Shown: positions 9,023-18,001 of the stretch, piece by piece
How the letters are laid out: every line of letters starts with the position of its first letter
Position numbering within the stretch: the first letter of the stretch is position 1
Assembly (NCBI RefSeq): GCF_900545535.1
Contig: NZ_UQZN01000010.1
DNA length: 64,000 bases
DNA from: an uncultured Phascolarctobacterium sp.
GTDB taxonomy: Bacteria > Bacillota > Negativicutes > Acidaminococcales > Acidaminococcaceae
Strand: one strand, 5' to 3'
Notes under the pieces: generated by a model
The model's database searches: none
What the model saw: only the letters and a program-made list of their open reading frames with translations
Told to the model about the DNA's origin: nothing
Program-made: the position numbers and the translations under genes

Positions 9023-9577
9023 TTATTCTTCGCCTTCCAGCCGCAGCTGCGAAGCGGGAATATGCGTTAAAATCTCCAGCATGATCTCGGCAAAACTGTG
9101 CGCAGGCACAGGCTTCCACGCCGACTTTATATCGCTGCTTTGCAAAACAACGCCATTTTTACTGTAAACTGCATTGTGCAGCTCGCGGTACTGTTTGGCA
9201 CGCAGATTAAACAACAGCACCTGCGTACAATACTCAACACTGTCACCAGCTTTCAGCTTTTGGGCAAATACTTTGGTATCCAAATGTTTTTTAAGTTCCG
9301 GATTCAAAAAAACAGTTTTGACCTCAGCCTGCAGAATATTCCTGTCCTTATCGCCAAAAGCACCCCTGGTCATAAAAACGCTGTCCTTAGCCAGATAATA
9401 CCTGCCGGTCGAATTTTCCATAACCTCCGTCCAGCGGGCCGCCTCTTTTTCAGCCGCCGTCTGCTGCGGATTGACGCTGATCTGCCAGTCCATACCGCTG
9501 CCGCTTTCCTCGGCAGCGAAGCCCTGCGCTGCCATTAAAATACTTAAACTGAAAATAATTGCCGCAATAAATTTCAT
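9023..9577 (-). CDS. Secreted hypothetical protein
   Basis: SD GAGGT before MKFIAAIIFSLSILMAAQGFA (signal peptide). No recognisable domain. Confidence 0.5.
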   Translation of the reverse strand: MKFIAAIIFSLSILMAAQGFAAEESGSGMDWQISVNPQQTAAEKEAARWTEVMENSTGRYYLAKDSVFMTRGAFGDKDRNILQAEVKTVFLNPELKKHLDTKVFAQKLKAGDSVEYCTQVLLFNLRAKQYRELHNAVYSKNGVVLQSSDIKSAWKPVPAHSFAEIMLEILTHIPASQLRLEGEE

Positions 9578-9629
9578 CCTATTACCTCGCAACTTCCACT
9601 ATTTTGCAAATACTGCCGGCAGTTCAGCT

Positions 9630-10247
9630 TCAATTCAAAGCTGCTGCCTGCGGCATGGGCGCGCCGCTGCTGCGCAGACAGTATTTATCCGGGTCAATAT
9701 CATTCCTGAAGCGAAGCACCAGCTTACGCTCGCCTTCCGGCAGCGCCTGCCACACCTTGGCAAAAGCAAAACCGACAGGATTACCGAACCCCAACGCCAT
9801 ATAAAACGGCACCACAAATTTTTTACTGATTTCTGTTTCGCCACGCTGCTGCATACCGATCAAAACAGCAATTTTTCCCTGCGCCGCAGCCAGCTCACTG
9901 TCTTTAACAGCCCCGTTAAAATATACCAGCCTGATCTCATCCACAGCCTGCGCCATTTTTTTCAGCAAGCTGCTTTTACTGCACCAGTCGCTGGTCGTGC
10001 CGTCATCATCCGCAAACACAAAATCGCCTTTAGCCGTACACTCGCCGCAAAAATGCACAATGTCCGGCCGCAGGTTTTTAACAGCCTCTATCACATTATC
10101 AACCTTAACAGCACGCAAGGCAACAACTTCAAAACATCTGCCGCAGGGCTCCGCTGTCAGCTTCTGCTGCAGCAAGGCGGCCTCACCGCGCTCTGCCGGC
10201 GGCACAGCCGCCACCAGCAGTATTTTTATTTTCTGCATCGTTTCCAT
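9630..10247 (-). CDS. CHAT-like pseudo-protease; catalytically dead paralog of the 7507..8427 domain
   Basis: Aligns with the CHAT domain above (IKILLVAAVPP / LTILFLAANPQ; IVHFCGECTAKGDFVF / IIHFSGHGSEKGEIVL; RLVYFNGAVKD / RLIFFNACFSQ). The second His is E and the catalytic Cys is Ala. SD GGGAGGG before METMQKIK. Confidence 0.45.
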   Translation of the reverse strand: METMQKIKILLVAAVPPAERGEAALLQQKLTAEPCGRCFEVVALRAVKVDNVIEAVKNLRPDIVHFCGECTAKGDFVFADDDGTTSDWCSKSSLLKKMAQAVDEIRLVYFNGAVKDSELAAAQGKIAVLIGMQQRGETEISKKFVVPFYMALGFGNPVGFAFAKVWQALPEGERKLVLRFRNDIDPDKYCLRSSGAPMPQAAALN

Positions 10248-10280
10248 AACCATACACCCTCCCAAAATTTATGTTATTCA

Positions 10281-10373
10281 GCTGCCGCAGCCCTTTAGCA
10301 GGCTGCGGCACTTAAATAGCATAACTGCCGTATCAGCCGCCGCACAAGCGGCGGGTAGTGACGATACGGCAGT
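10281..10373 (-). terminator. Pair of GC-rich hairpins between the hypothetical gene and the CHAT cluster (terminator or attenuator)
   Basis: GCTGCCGCAGCC cttta GCAGGCTGCGGCA, and ACTGCCGTATC(agccgccgc acaa gcggcggg)tagtGACGATACGGCAGT. Confidence 0.45.
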
Positions 10374-10426
10374 AAAATAATGCTGAAAACTTAAGTTGGA
10401 AACAAGCTCATCACACAGCGATTTGC

Positions 10427-11752
10427 TTATTTATCCTTTCTTTCCAAATCTTCCGGACGAGCCAGACGTTTAGCGATCTTGGTAACGCTTGCTTTAGCAG
10501 CTGCCAGACCACGTGCAGCAGCAGTTCTTTCAATTACCATAGCCGCAGTATTGATGACATAACCAGTCGCAGTCCCATTTGCAAAGTCGCCTGCAGATTT
10601 AACCGTACTCAAAGCACCTGCAGCATCAATATCTAAAGAAGTATCAATGCTTTGGAACTTCACGCCGTCAACCAGATACAGGTCGTTGCCTTCGCCCGGC
10701 AGTAAAGCAAAGCATGGTGAAGCAGGAGAAACTGTAGCAGTCTTATATTTAGCGCCAGTGCCAAACCCGCCAGCCTGCAAGTCAGCCTCAGTAGTTTGAA
10801 TAACAATATAGCTATATTGAGAATACGCAGTATTATAATGAGCTGCCAACACATACGCTTTGTTATTAACAAAAGCTACATCAACAAAATCGCCACCAAA
10901 ATTATTTGGAATATCCGAAGCAGCAATAGTTTCTGTGAATAAAGGCGTTGCACCAGAAATATCAAATATTTCCAGTTTCGATGCAGGATTGCCATCGGCC
11001 TGCTGTGCGCCGCCAACAGAAGTTACGTAAGCATAATCTCCGTTAACAACTACACCGGTTACATTATTTCCAGCCAAATCCATTTCGGCAGTACCAGTGC
11101 CAGCAAGCGGGATCTTAACAATAGCGGACTCGCCAAAGGTGTATGTCCAACCACTGTTGGTAAAGCGTCCGAAAACTGCAATCAGATAAGCAGAACTGCC
11201 GCTGATTTGCAAATCAAGCCCATAGCCGGCGCCTTTCCATTGCGTAGTATCGCCAGCAATATCCGGCGTAAATTCATAAGCATAACCAGTCTCACTGAAA
11301 GCATCCGCCGCCATGTTATATTTGTAAATATAGCATTTACGGGTAGTAGGATTGCAATCGTTAGCAATCATATACATAACGCCGTCATAAACAACAATAC
11401 CATAAGGATTGGTAGTAGACCATTGCTGCACGCCGGTAACAGGCGAAGTAGCATTACATTGAGCCGTTTGCTTCTGCGACCAGTTGGAAGGATCGTAAAT
11501 ACCATACAAACCTCTGCCAGACTGCCCCAACTCGCCTACGCCGCTGTAATCATAGCTGTTGACCAAAGTACGCAAAGTACCGGTAATACTGATTGGCAAA
11601 ACACGTGGATCTGTAGTCATATTGGTACCGGAAATGATTTGAGTAACAGCTGTTTCCGTAGCCGTCACGCCAACAGTACAAGCACCTACCCAGCCGACGC
11701 TATACCCGCTGTTTACTAATCCTGCTGCTAATTTTTCACTTGCCATTTTCAC
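10427..11752 (-). CDS. Hypothetical 441-aa protein co-transcribed downstream of the autotransporter-TBDR gene
   Basis: Long ORF rich in Gly/Thr/Tyr (beta-rich). No obvious signal peptide. No terminator in the 123-nt gap to the upstream gene. Confidence 0.45.
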   Translation of the reverse strand: MKMASEKLAAGLVNSGYSVGWVGACTVGVTATETAVTQIISGTNMTTDPRVLPISITGTLRTLVNSYDYSGVGELGQSGRGLYGIYDPSNWSQKQTAQCNATSPVTGVQQWSTTNPYGIVVYDGVMYMIANDCNPTTRKCYIYKYNMAADAFSETGYAYEFTPDIAGDTTQWKGAGYGLDLQISGSSAYLIAVFGRFTNSGWTYTFGESAIVKIPLAGTGTAEMDLAGNNVTGVVVNGDYAYVTSVGGAQQADGNPASKLEIFDISGATPLFTETIAASDIPNNFGGDFVDVAFVNNKAYVLAAHYNTAYSQYSYIVIQTTEADLQAGGFGTGAKYKTATVSPASPCFALLPGEGNDLYLVDGVKFQSIDTSLDIDAAGALSTVKSAGDFANGTATGYVINTAAMVIERTAAARGLAAAKASVTKIAKRLARPEDLERKDK

Positions 11753-11875
11753 AACCTCCTTAAAGTTAACTTATCTGCGGTCTGTTCCCGCTGCCATTCA
11801 TTACTGTCTGTATTCAAACAGCATTTATATAAATCAGGTCAGTATCTCTGTACTGGCGCTGTATTATAATAAAAT

Positions 11876-14800
11876 TTAGAAACTATATTCCAGCGTTGTG
11901 TAATACATACGACCGGCAAGCGGATAGAAAGAAGCCGTCTTAGGTCCATAATACATACCGGTAGTGATGAAAACTTCCTTACCTTTATCAAAAACATCAT
12001 TGACGCCGGCGCTTAAACGCCATTTTTTATCAAATTTATATTTGACTCCCAAATCAACGATCGAATAAGAATCGCGCACGTCTATTGCATTGGCATCGCC
12101 AGAATCAGTACCACGCAAGATCTCCTGATCGGTATAACGGTATTCTCCGAAAACGTTCAGTTTGTCACCGGGGAACAGATAATCAACTCTGGCGCTGACG
12201 ACCCATTCAGGTACAAAAGATGCTCCGCCTTGCGCCCAGTTATAGTTATAACCCAAACCGTTACCCACTTCTTTACTTTTCTGCCATGTTGCTGCCAAAG
12301 CCAGGTTCAAGCGCTGCCATTTCATATTATGAGCCAGTTCAAGGCCATATGTTTCAATATTACCTGTCGGGCAATAACAACTTAATCCATCTCCGCCACG
12401 CGGTGTCCACAGTACAAGCTGGTTATTTGCTTTGCGCTGATACCAAGTAAGGATTGTATCCGTATCAGCTCCGGCCAGCTTGCCCTGCCAGTTCAGGCTG
12501 AAATCGAACTGACTGCCTGTTTCCCATAAGCCATTATCAATATTCCCGCCTTTACCGGCAACAGTAAAGACATAGTTTTGCCCAACAAAGCCGCCATCAC
12601 CAAAGATTTCGTAGAAGTTGGGATGCCTGTTATAAGTACCCCAGGTAGATTTAAAGCTCCAGTGGTCGTTGAGCTGCTTCTGCAGCGCCACGCCACCTGA
12701 ATACATCCAGCGGCTATCAGCATCGCCCAAATCACCAAGTCCTTCCATCTCTACTTTATCGGCACGCAGGATCGGTGTCAGCTTAAAATCGCCATCATCA
12801 TTGAGGGTAATAGTGTCCTGCAAGGTCAAATGATATTCACGGTTATTATATTTGGAAAGCATTTTTCTAACGGTTCTATTAACACCAGTTTGACTATCAA
12901 TTTGTTCCTGCGTAAGATCCCATCTGTTGCCATTAGCATCCATAGTTTCACGAGTATAATCCGCATTGAATTCCAGCAGATGGTTGCTGCCCAGCTTCAT
13001 CGCCGTATTCAGATTGCCGTTCCATTTTTTAGAACGCCAGGTTCCCCATAATTCACCCGGCAAATAATCGTTCTCATCCCTTTTTGCAAAAGGATCACCT
13101 GTTATTATTCCATTTTTTGTATCCTCTATTTGCCTGTAACCGCCTATATTAGTATAAGTTTTTTTGCTGTCCAGATAGGCAATATGCCACCCCAGATCAA
13201 GGTTGCCAAGCGTATCGCGACGCCCGATCAAAAATTCTTTATAATCAATATCCATATCAGCATCGAAATAGCCGGAATTTAAATAAGGAATTACATAGGT
13301 TCTATTTACTGCCCTGGCAAGCCCTTCATGCATCTTTTTCCAAACACCTTTAACTGTCCAGTGATCATCCTGCCATTTAAGCATGGCATTATTATTCTGA
13401 TAACCGTTACTTTGGCGTTTGTAAGTGCCTGCAAGTACATTATTTTGGGTATTACTGCTCTGCGGCCAAATATAATCAAAATCTCCATGCCAGATATCAC
13501 GGGCATAGGTAGCAAGCAGACTGCCGCTGCCAAGCGGCATGCTGTATTCATAGGTACTGCTGTAGCCGCCATAGGATTTGACGCCCTGGGTGATATGCCC
13601 GTGCCCTTCGTTGGGCTTTTTAGTGATGATATTGATAACACCGCCTAGTGGCGCACCGGCAAAACGAGCCGGTACATAACCGCGATAGACTTCGATGCGT
13701 TCAATATTATCAGCCGGGATCGCCGACAGATTGACTGCCGCATCACCGGTCAGGTTCATCTGCACGCCGTCCACATAGACGCTGACCTGCGCAGCCGTTG
13801 ACCCACGTACACGCGCTACAGTATAATGTCCGACGCCATTAAGCCGCTGCACGAATAAGCCAGGCACTCTGTCCAGAAGTTCCGGCAGGTTCTTCTGCTC
13901 ACCCTCGAATTGTGCCGGATAAATAACGCTGACCTGACCCGGGCTGAGATTCTTTTCCCAGTCGGGACGTTTGGCTTCAACAGTCAGCCCGCCCAGCTCA
14001 AACTCGCCCATACCGCCGGTGACTGTGCCGCTGACGCTGCCCGTATCATCACGGACAACACTGCTGCCCGCCTCGCCCATATCATAAACAGCCCGGCTGT
14101 CAGCACTTCCGCTTTCAGCAGCAACACTCTGCTGCGCCTGCTGCATCTGCGGCACCTGCACGTTGCCGACCTTGGGCGCCTGCCCCACTACCACGGTGGG
14201 CGCATTGGCTTTGGCAAAGCCGCCACCGTTTACAGACGGCTCCCCGCCTGAAGCATTTACTTTAGCCGCTTTGCTGCCGCCGCTGCCGAAACCGCCCCAG
14301 CTGAAGTCCAGCCCGCCGTTGATGCTCCATTCGTTGCCTACGTCGCTGCCGGTAGTTTTGATAAAATCAAGGTTCAAGGCAGCATTGGGTGAAAGTTTTA
14401 CTTTGCCGCCCACGTTCCATTCCCACCAGCTGTCGCTGCCGCCAACCGTTTCAACCAGTCTGTTTAAAGCCCCATAGCTTTGGTGCAGCTTTTGCCCGCC
14501 GGCAAACTCGTGTCCCCAGCTGACGCCGGCATAGATGTTGCCTTTGTCGCCGATATTTTTACCGGCTTTCAGCCCCAGCTTGCCAATGGCAGTATCATAT
14601 CCCTGTTCGTGTATGCCCAAGCCGTTAGTCAGTTTATAGCTGCTTTCATCCACATGGCCCACATACAGGGATACGGAAGGTTCCCAGAACCAATTAGAAC
14701 TAAGTTCATTGCGCTTGCCGTACTGCGCGCCGATACCGTAGGCCCAGGTACTGTTATCGCCTTTGACCTTGCCGATGCTGCCGTTGCCAGTATTACCGGT

Positions 14801-17074
14801 AAAGTGATAATCATTTTTAAGTTTAAAGGCGTTGACCCCCAGGTCGATAAAGTGCCCTTTGTCGCCCACCCAGCTGCTGTAAACGCCTACGCCATAGCTG
14901 TCCTGCTCACCTTTACCTGCAGCTGTAGTGCTTTTGCCGTCGATCTTGCTGGCATAAAAACCGGTATAGACCTTACCGCCATAGAATTTTTTGCTCAACA
15001 GCTTATCATAACCGACCTGAAAGCCGTTATAAGACTGGTTGGTGCTGCGGGCATAAGCCGCCTTGGCGTCAAATTTGCCGTGCCAGACATCGGCCCATAA
15101 ATTCTCGCGCAGCTCGCCGGCCAGTCCGCTCTCATCATGCTGGGGCCCATTGCCGCCAGCTTCCTGGCGGTTCAATCTTCCGCCGTGCAGGTTTTCGCTG
15201 CGGCGAAAGAGGCTGAGGTTATTGGCTTTGACAAAATTATTCTGCACCGTGCTGTTTTCGGAAACACTTTTACCGCTTTCCGCCATTTCACCCGTATCAG
15301 CATAAGTATAACCTTTTAAATACCACACTGTACCCTGCAAATTATCATAACCAATGATATTCCCCTTATCATCAGTTATGGCCTTGCTATCCGCAGTTTT
15401 AAAATAATTTTCATATTTGCCTACTTCCGGCGTGATTTCATAAACACTAAAAATACCGTCCGCCAAACTGGTTTGACCTGTTACTTCAAAATTATCAGCG
15501 CCATTATAAATACCGATCAAAGCATTAGGAACGATAATATTTCCAAGTTGATTCTTTACTTCATTCGGATTTTTCCATTCACCGAAAAGCGAAGTACCGT
15601 TGACTTCCGGTACATAACCGAGTTGAATATAGAGATTATTTTTAGCATCATCACTGCCATTATTTTTGGCGGCGTCTGTAATGTATACATTGTCATTATC
15701 ACGTACTGGAACGACCCCACTACCTCCAATAAGCGGTTCATAATTTTGATATACGCCAAGCCTGAAGGCAGTATTATCCGCCAGCTTCGCATCATTTACA
15801 AATAAGCTTCTGTTTATTTTGACCTTATTAGTAGCAATGGTTCCTTGTGATGTATCACTTATATATTCAACATTAATCGTATTAGCATTTCCTTCGCTGT
15901 CAGCGCCCTGCAGCACATACGGAGCTTGCCCATCAATACTGTTAGTATTAAGATAGCTCAAATCAATTACACTGCCAGATTCTGTAGTTAATTCACCAAC
16001 TGATATGACAGTCGTAGGAACATTCTCTATGGGTTTAGGACTGTCCAATTCATAATCATTATCCAGCTGCGTATTATCAGTAAAAGAAGAATCAACATCC
16101 GGATCACTCGCACCTATTGCTGTTTTACCGTCTTCAGTTACCCAATTTTTGTCACCCGGTGAATAATCGCCATTCAAATTACTGCTAATAGTTACAGCTC
16201 TGTCCAGCGGTGTCCACCTTTCACCAGCCGCTACTGACTTTTGGTCATAGGTATAACTTTTGCTGCCTCCAGAAAAAGAATCTCCCGTACCTAACTGAAA
16301 TCTTGTTTGTATACTCTCTATAATATCTGGCGAAGCAAAATTAAGACTCGAATCATTCATATAATTTAATACATTGGAGGCAGTAGTATTATTAATCGCA
16401 GCTTTTACCGTAGCTAACTCATCATCACTCAACTTAATATAACACATACTTGGCAGGTATTTTGTCATCCACTCTTGTATCTTCGCATCATCATTATTTT
16501 CAATATATCCATACAGCTCTCTTTGCGCATCAACAGTTGTCATTCCAGTATTTTCATTTAAAAAATTCATCATTTGCGTTCCGGTTATCGCTAAACAGTC
16601 CTTGCTAACATTTCCAACTCCAAGAACTTTATAATAATAAGCGCCGCTGTCAGCATCTCTTATTTTAATTGCAAATGCATTTGCACCCTCAGGAACAAAG
16701 CCTGTTCTCATCAGCGTACGCCATAAAATGCTATTCCATGAGTTTTTTGAGAAACTTGGTTTTACATTACTATTGGTCAATCCTTTATTGGCACCATCAG
16801 GATCAAGTCTAATAGTTTTATATACATTAACAATATTATTTTGCACTATACTAGAATCAGAAAAATTAATAAATGTATCTTGTCCGCCAACCTTATTAGT
16901 ATTGACAGCAGTATTATCATAGTATTGTACGGCATTTCTGCCCAGGGTTTCCGCCGCAAATGCACACTGGGGGGGGGCAAACGGTGCGATTACGCCTAAC
17001 GATAAGGCAATAGCCGCCGGTAATACTTGTAATGTTCTTTGCCTTCTCAAATTTTTCTTCATCATATCCTCCAC
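11876..17074 (-). CDS. 1732-aa fusion ORF: signal peptide, autotransporter passenger (~aa 45-620), autotransporter beta-barrel (~aa 621-926, ends FSW), Gly-rich periplasmic linker, and TonB-dependent receptor plug plus 22-strand barrel (~aa 1041-1732, ends TTLEYSF)
   Basis: Continuous frame with no stop. Extended signal peptide MKKNLRRQRTLQVLPAAIALSLGVIAPFAPPQCAFA. Translocator-like region LWADVWHGKFDAKAAYARSTNQSYNGFQVGYDKL...NLDFIKTTGSDVGNEWSINGGLDFSW. TBDR plug LPELLDRVPGLFVQRLNGVGHYTVARVRGS...VYVDGVQMNL...IERIEVYRGYVPARFAGAPLGGVINIITKKP with C-terminal aromatic F. Approximate nt split: autotransporter part 14297..17074, TBDR part 11876..14296. The start is a GTG at 17074 or the ATG pair just downstream. 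Confidence 0.7.
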   Translation of the reverse strand: MEDMMKKNLRRQRTLQVLPAAIALSLGVIAPFAPPQCAFAAETLGRNAVQYYDNTAVNTNKVGGQDTFINFSDSSIVQNNIVNVYKTIRLDPDGANKGLTNSNVKPSFSKNSWNSILWRTLMRTGFVPEGANAFAIKIRDADSGAYYYKVLGVGNVSKDCLAITGTQMMNFLNENTGMTTVDAQRELYGYIENNDDAKIQEWMTKYLPSMCYIKLSDDELATVKAAINNTTASNVLNYMNDSSLNFASPDIIESIQTRFQLGTGDSFSGGSKSYTYDQKSVAAGERWTPLDRAVTISSNLNGDYSPGDKNWVTEDGKTAIGASDPDVDSSFTDNTQLDNDYELDSPKPIENVPTTVISVGELTTESGSVIDLSYLNTNSIDGQAPYVLQGADSEGNANTINVEYISDTSQGTIATNKVKINRSLFVNDAKLADNTAFRLGVYQNYEPLIGGSGVVPVRDNDNVYITDAAKNNGSDDAKNNLYIQLGYVPEVNGTSLFGEWKNPNEVKNQLGNIIVPNALIGIYNGADNFEVTGQTSLADGIFSVYEITPEVGKYENYFKTADSKAITDDKGNIIGYDNLQGTVWYLKGYTYADTGEMAESGKSVSENSTVQNNFVKANNLSLFRRSENLHGGRLNRQEAGGNGPQHDESGLAGELRENLWADVWHGKFDAKAAYARSTNQSYNGFQVGYDKLLSKKFYGGKVYTGFYASKIDGKSTTAAGKGEQDSYGVGVYSSWVGDKGHFIDLGVNAFKLKNDYHFTGNTGNGSIGKVKGDNSTWAYGIGAQYGKRNELSSNWFWEPSVSLYVGHVDESSYKLTNGLGIHEQGYDTAIGKLGLKAGKNIGDKGNIYAGVSWGHEFAGGQKLHQSYGALNRLVETVGGSDSWWEWNVGGKVKLSPNAALNLDFIKTTGSDVGNEWSINGGLDFSWGGFGSGGSKAAKVNASGGEPSVNGGGFAKANAPTVVVGQAPKVGNVQVPQMQQAQQSVAAESGSADSRAVYDMGEAGSSVVRDDTGSVSGTVTGGMGEFELGGLTVEAKRPDWEKNLSPGQVSVIYPAQFEGEQKNLPELLDRVPGLFVQRLNGVGHYTVARVRGSTAAQVSVYVDGVQMNLTGDAAVNLSAIPADNIERIEVYRGYVPARFAGAPLGGVINIITKKPNEGHGHITQGVKSYGGYSSTYEYSMPLGSGSLLATYARDIWHGDFDYIWPQSSNTQNNVLAGTYKRQSNGYQNNNAMLKWQDDHWTVKGVWKKMHEGLARAVNRTYVIPYLNSGYFDADMDIDYKEFLIGRRDTLGNLDLGWHIAYLDSKKTYTNIGGYRQIEDTKNGIITGDPFAKRDENDYLPGELWGTWRSKKWNGNLNTAMKLGSNHLLEFNADYTRETMDANGNRWDLTQEQIDSQTGVNRTVRKMLSKYNNREYHLTLQDTITLNDDGDFKLTPILRADKVEMEGLGDLGDADSRWMYSGGVALQKQLNDHWSFKSTWGTYNRHPNFYEIFGDGGFVGQNYVFTVAGKGGNIDNGLWETGSQFDFSLNWQGKLAGADTDTILTWYQRKANNQLVLWTPRGGDGLSCYCPTGNIETYGLELAHNMKWQRLNLALAATWQKSKEVGNGLGYNYNWAQGGASFVPEWVVSARVDYLFPGDKLNVFGEYRYTDQEILRGTDSGDANAIDVRDSYSIVDLGVKYKFDKKWRLSAGVNDVFDKGKEVFITTGMYYGPKTASFYPLAGRMYYTTLEYSF

Positions 17075-17445
17075 ACCAACTTAAAAATTCCAGCATTTCT
17101 GTTTTGCCGTTTCTAAACATGATCATCGTTTAGAAACTGTCATTTTACAGCAGTATGTAAGTACGCGTCACTACTCGCATTTTTACCTGCTGCTGTAAAA
17201 TTCGGACACTTTCAGCAAAAAATAACGCCGCATTTTCTACCAGTCCATTCGGTGAAAGTGCAGCGTTTGTTTTTACCAAACAGTCTGCTCCGCTTTTCTG
17301 GTCGAAAATACTAAAATTTCCGCGCTGCTGGTTTCAGCGCATAATCATAGCGTCCGCAGAAATATTTGCCTGACAAAACGCCAAACCTAAATATCTCTGC
17401 AAAATTTTCTCCCAGTCTGTCTACGCAGGCTGTTCAAAAGATAGA

Positions 17446-17570
17446 ACCAGTCAGCACTCTGACTCAAGATCATTACTCCAGCATCCCTTAGTGAAAGGAC
17501 TGCAATGCTGAAGCTCCCTAATACAGTTGCGTGACAGCGCCGGATTCACACCGGACTTCCCTATAAAACT
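17446..17570 (-). promoter_or_regulatory. Cobalamin riboswitch (proximal copy of a tandem pair) upstream of the autotransporter-TBDR gene
   Basis: Minus RNA UAUAGGGAAGUCCGGUGUGAAUCCGGCGCUGUCACGCAACUGUAUUAGGGAGC...GCAGUCCUUUCACUAAGGGAUGC...GAGUCAGAGUGCUGACUGG contains the conserved core and B12-box-like elements. Confidence 0.7.
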
Positions 17571-17744
17571 TTGGATTTCTACATTCCAAAATACCCAGCT
17601 CTAATTTTTCATTTTTGAAATTGTCAATGGACACGTCATTTATTACTCCAGCACTTGTGACCGCAAGCATGGATGCCGCCACCCCAGCGGCACCACGCCC
17701 AAAGGTCTGAGTTGAGTGGAGTTTGCAGGCTATGACTGAACCTG

Positions 17745-17784
17745 CAGGAAATAAGAACTGCCCCCCTGCTAACGCAGAGGGGCA
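17745..17784 (-). terminator. Terminator hairpin of the distal riboswitch expression platform
   Basis: Minus RNA CUGCCCCUCUGC guuag GCAGGGGGGCAG followed by UUCUUAUUUCC. Confidence 0.5.
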
Positions 17785-17829
17785 GAAAAACTTGCATAAC
17801 AAGCGTATACCAGTTTTTCCAACTCTCTG

Positions 17830-17945
17830 TCTCTCGCAGTAGTTAGACTGTCAGGCTGATTGCTGGCTTTAGGGCTAAACCCCTTACAGCGCCGGGAGCG
17901 CAGCGGAATTGCACCGCTTCTCATTTTGTGATTACCACCTGATAA
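17830..17945 (-). promoter_or_regulatory. Cobalamin riboswitch (distal copy of the tandem pair)
   Basis: Minus RNA AUCAGGUGGUAAUCACAAAAUGAGAAGCGGUGCAAUUCCGCUGCGCUCCCGGCGCUGUAAGGGGUUUAGCCCUAAAGCCAGCAAUCAGCCUGACAGUCUAACUACUGCGAGAGACAG matches the conserved core. Confidence 0.7.
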
Positions 17946-17966
17946 ACATTACTATTTTCTTGATAT

Positions 17967-18001
17967 GTTAAATCATACAACTTACTTTTACTTATGTCAA
18001 C
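17967..18001 (-). promoter_or_regulatory. Candidate sigma-70-type promoter for the tandem riboswitch leader
   Basis: Minus strand TTGACA, 17 nt, TATGAT, ending about 10 nt before the first aptamer. Confidence 0.35.

Noticed and set aside
17518-17802. 94-aa minus-strand ORF inside the riboswitch leader
   Set aside because: It starts inside the terminator hairpin of the distal cobalamin riboswitch and runs through the proximal aptamer. It has no RBS and is Cys/Gly-rich noise from structured RNA sequence.
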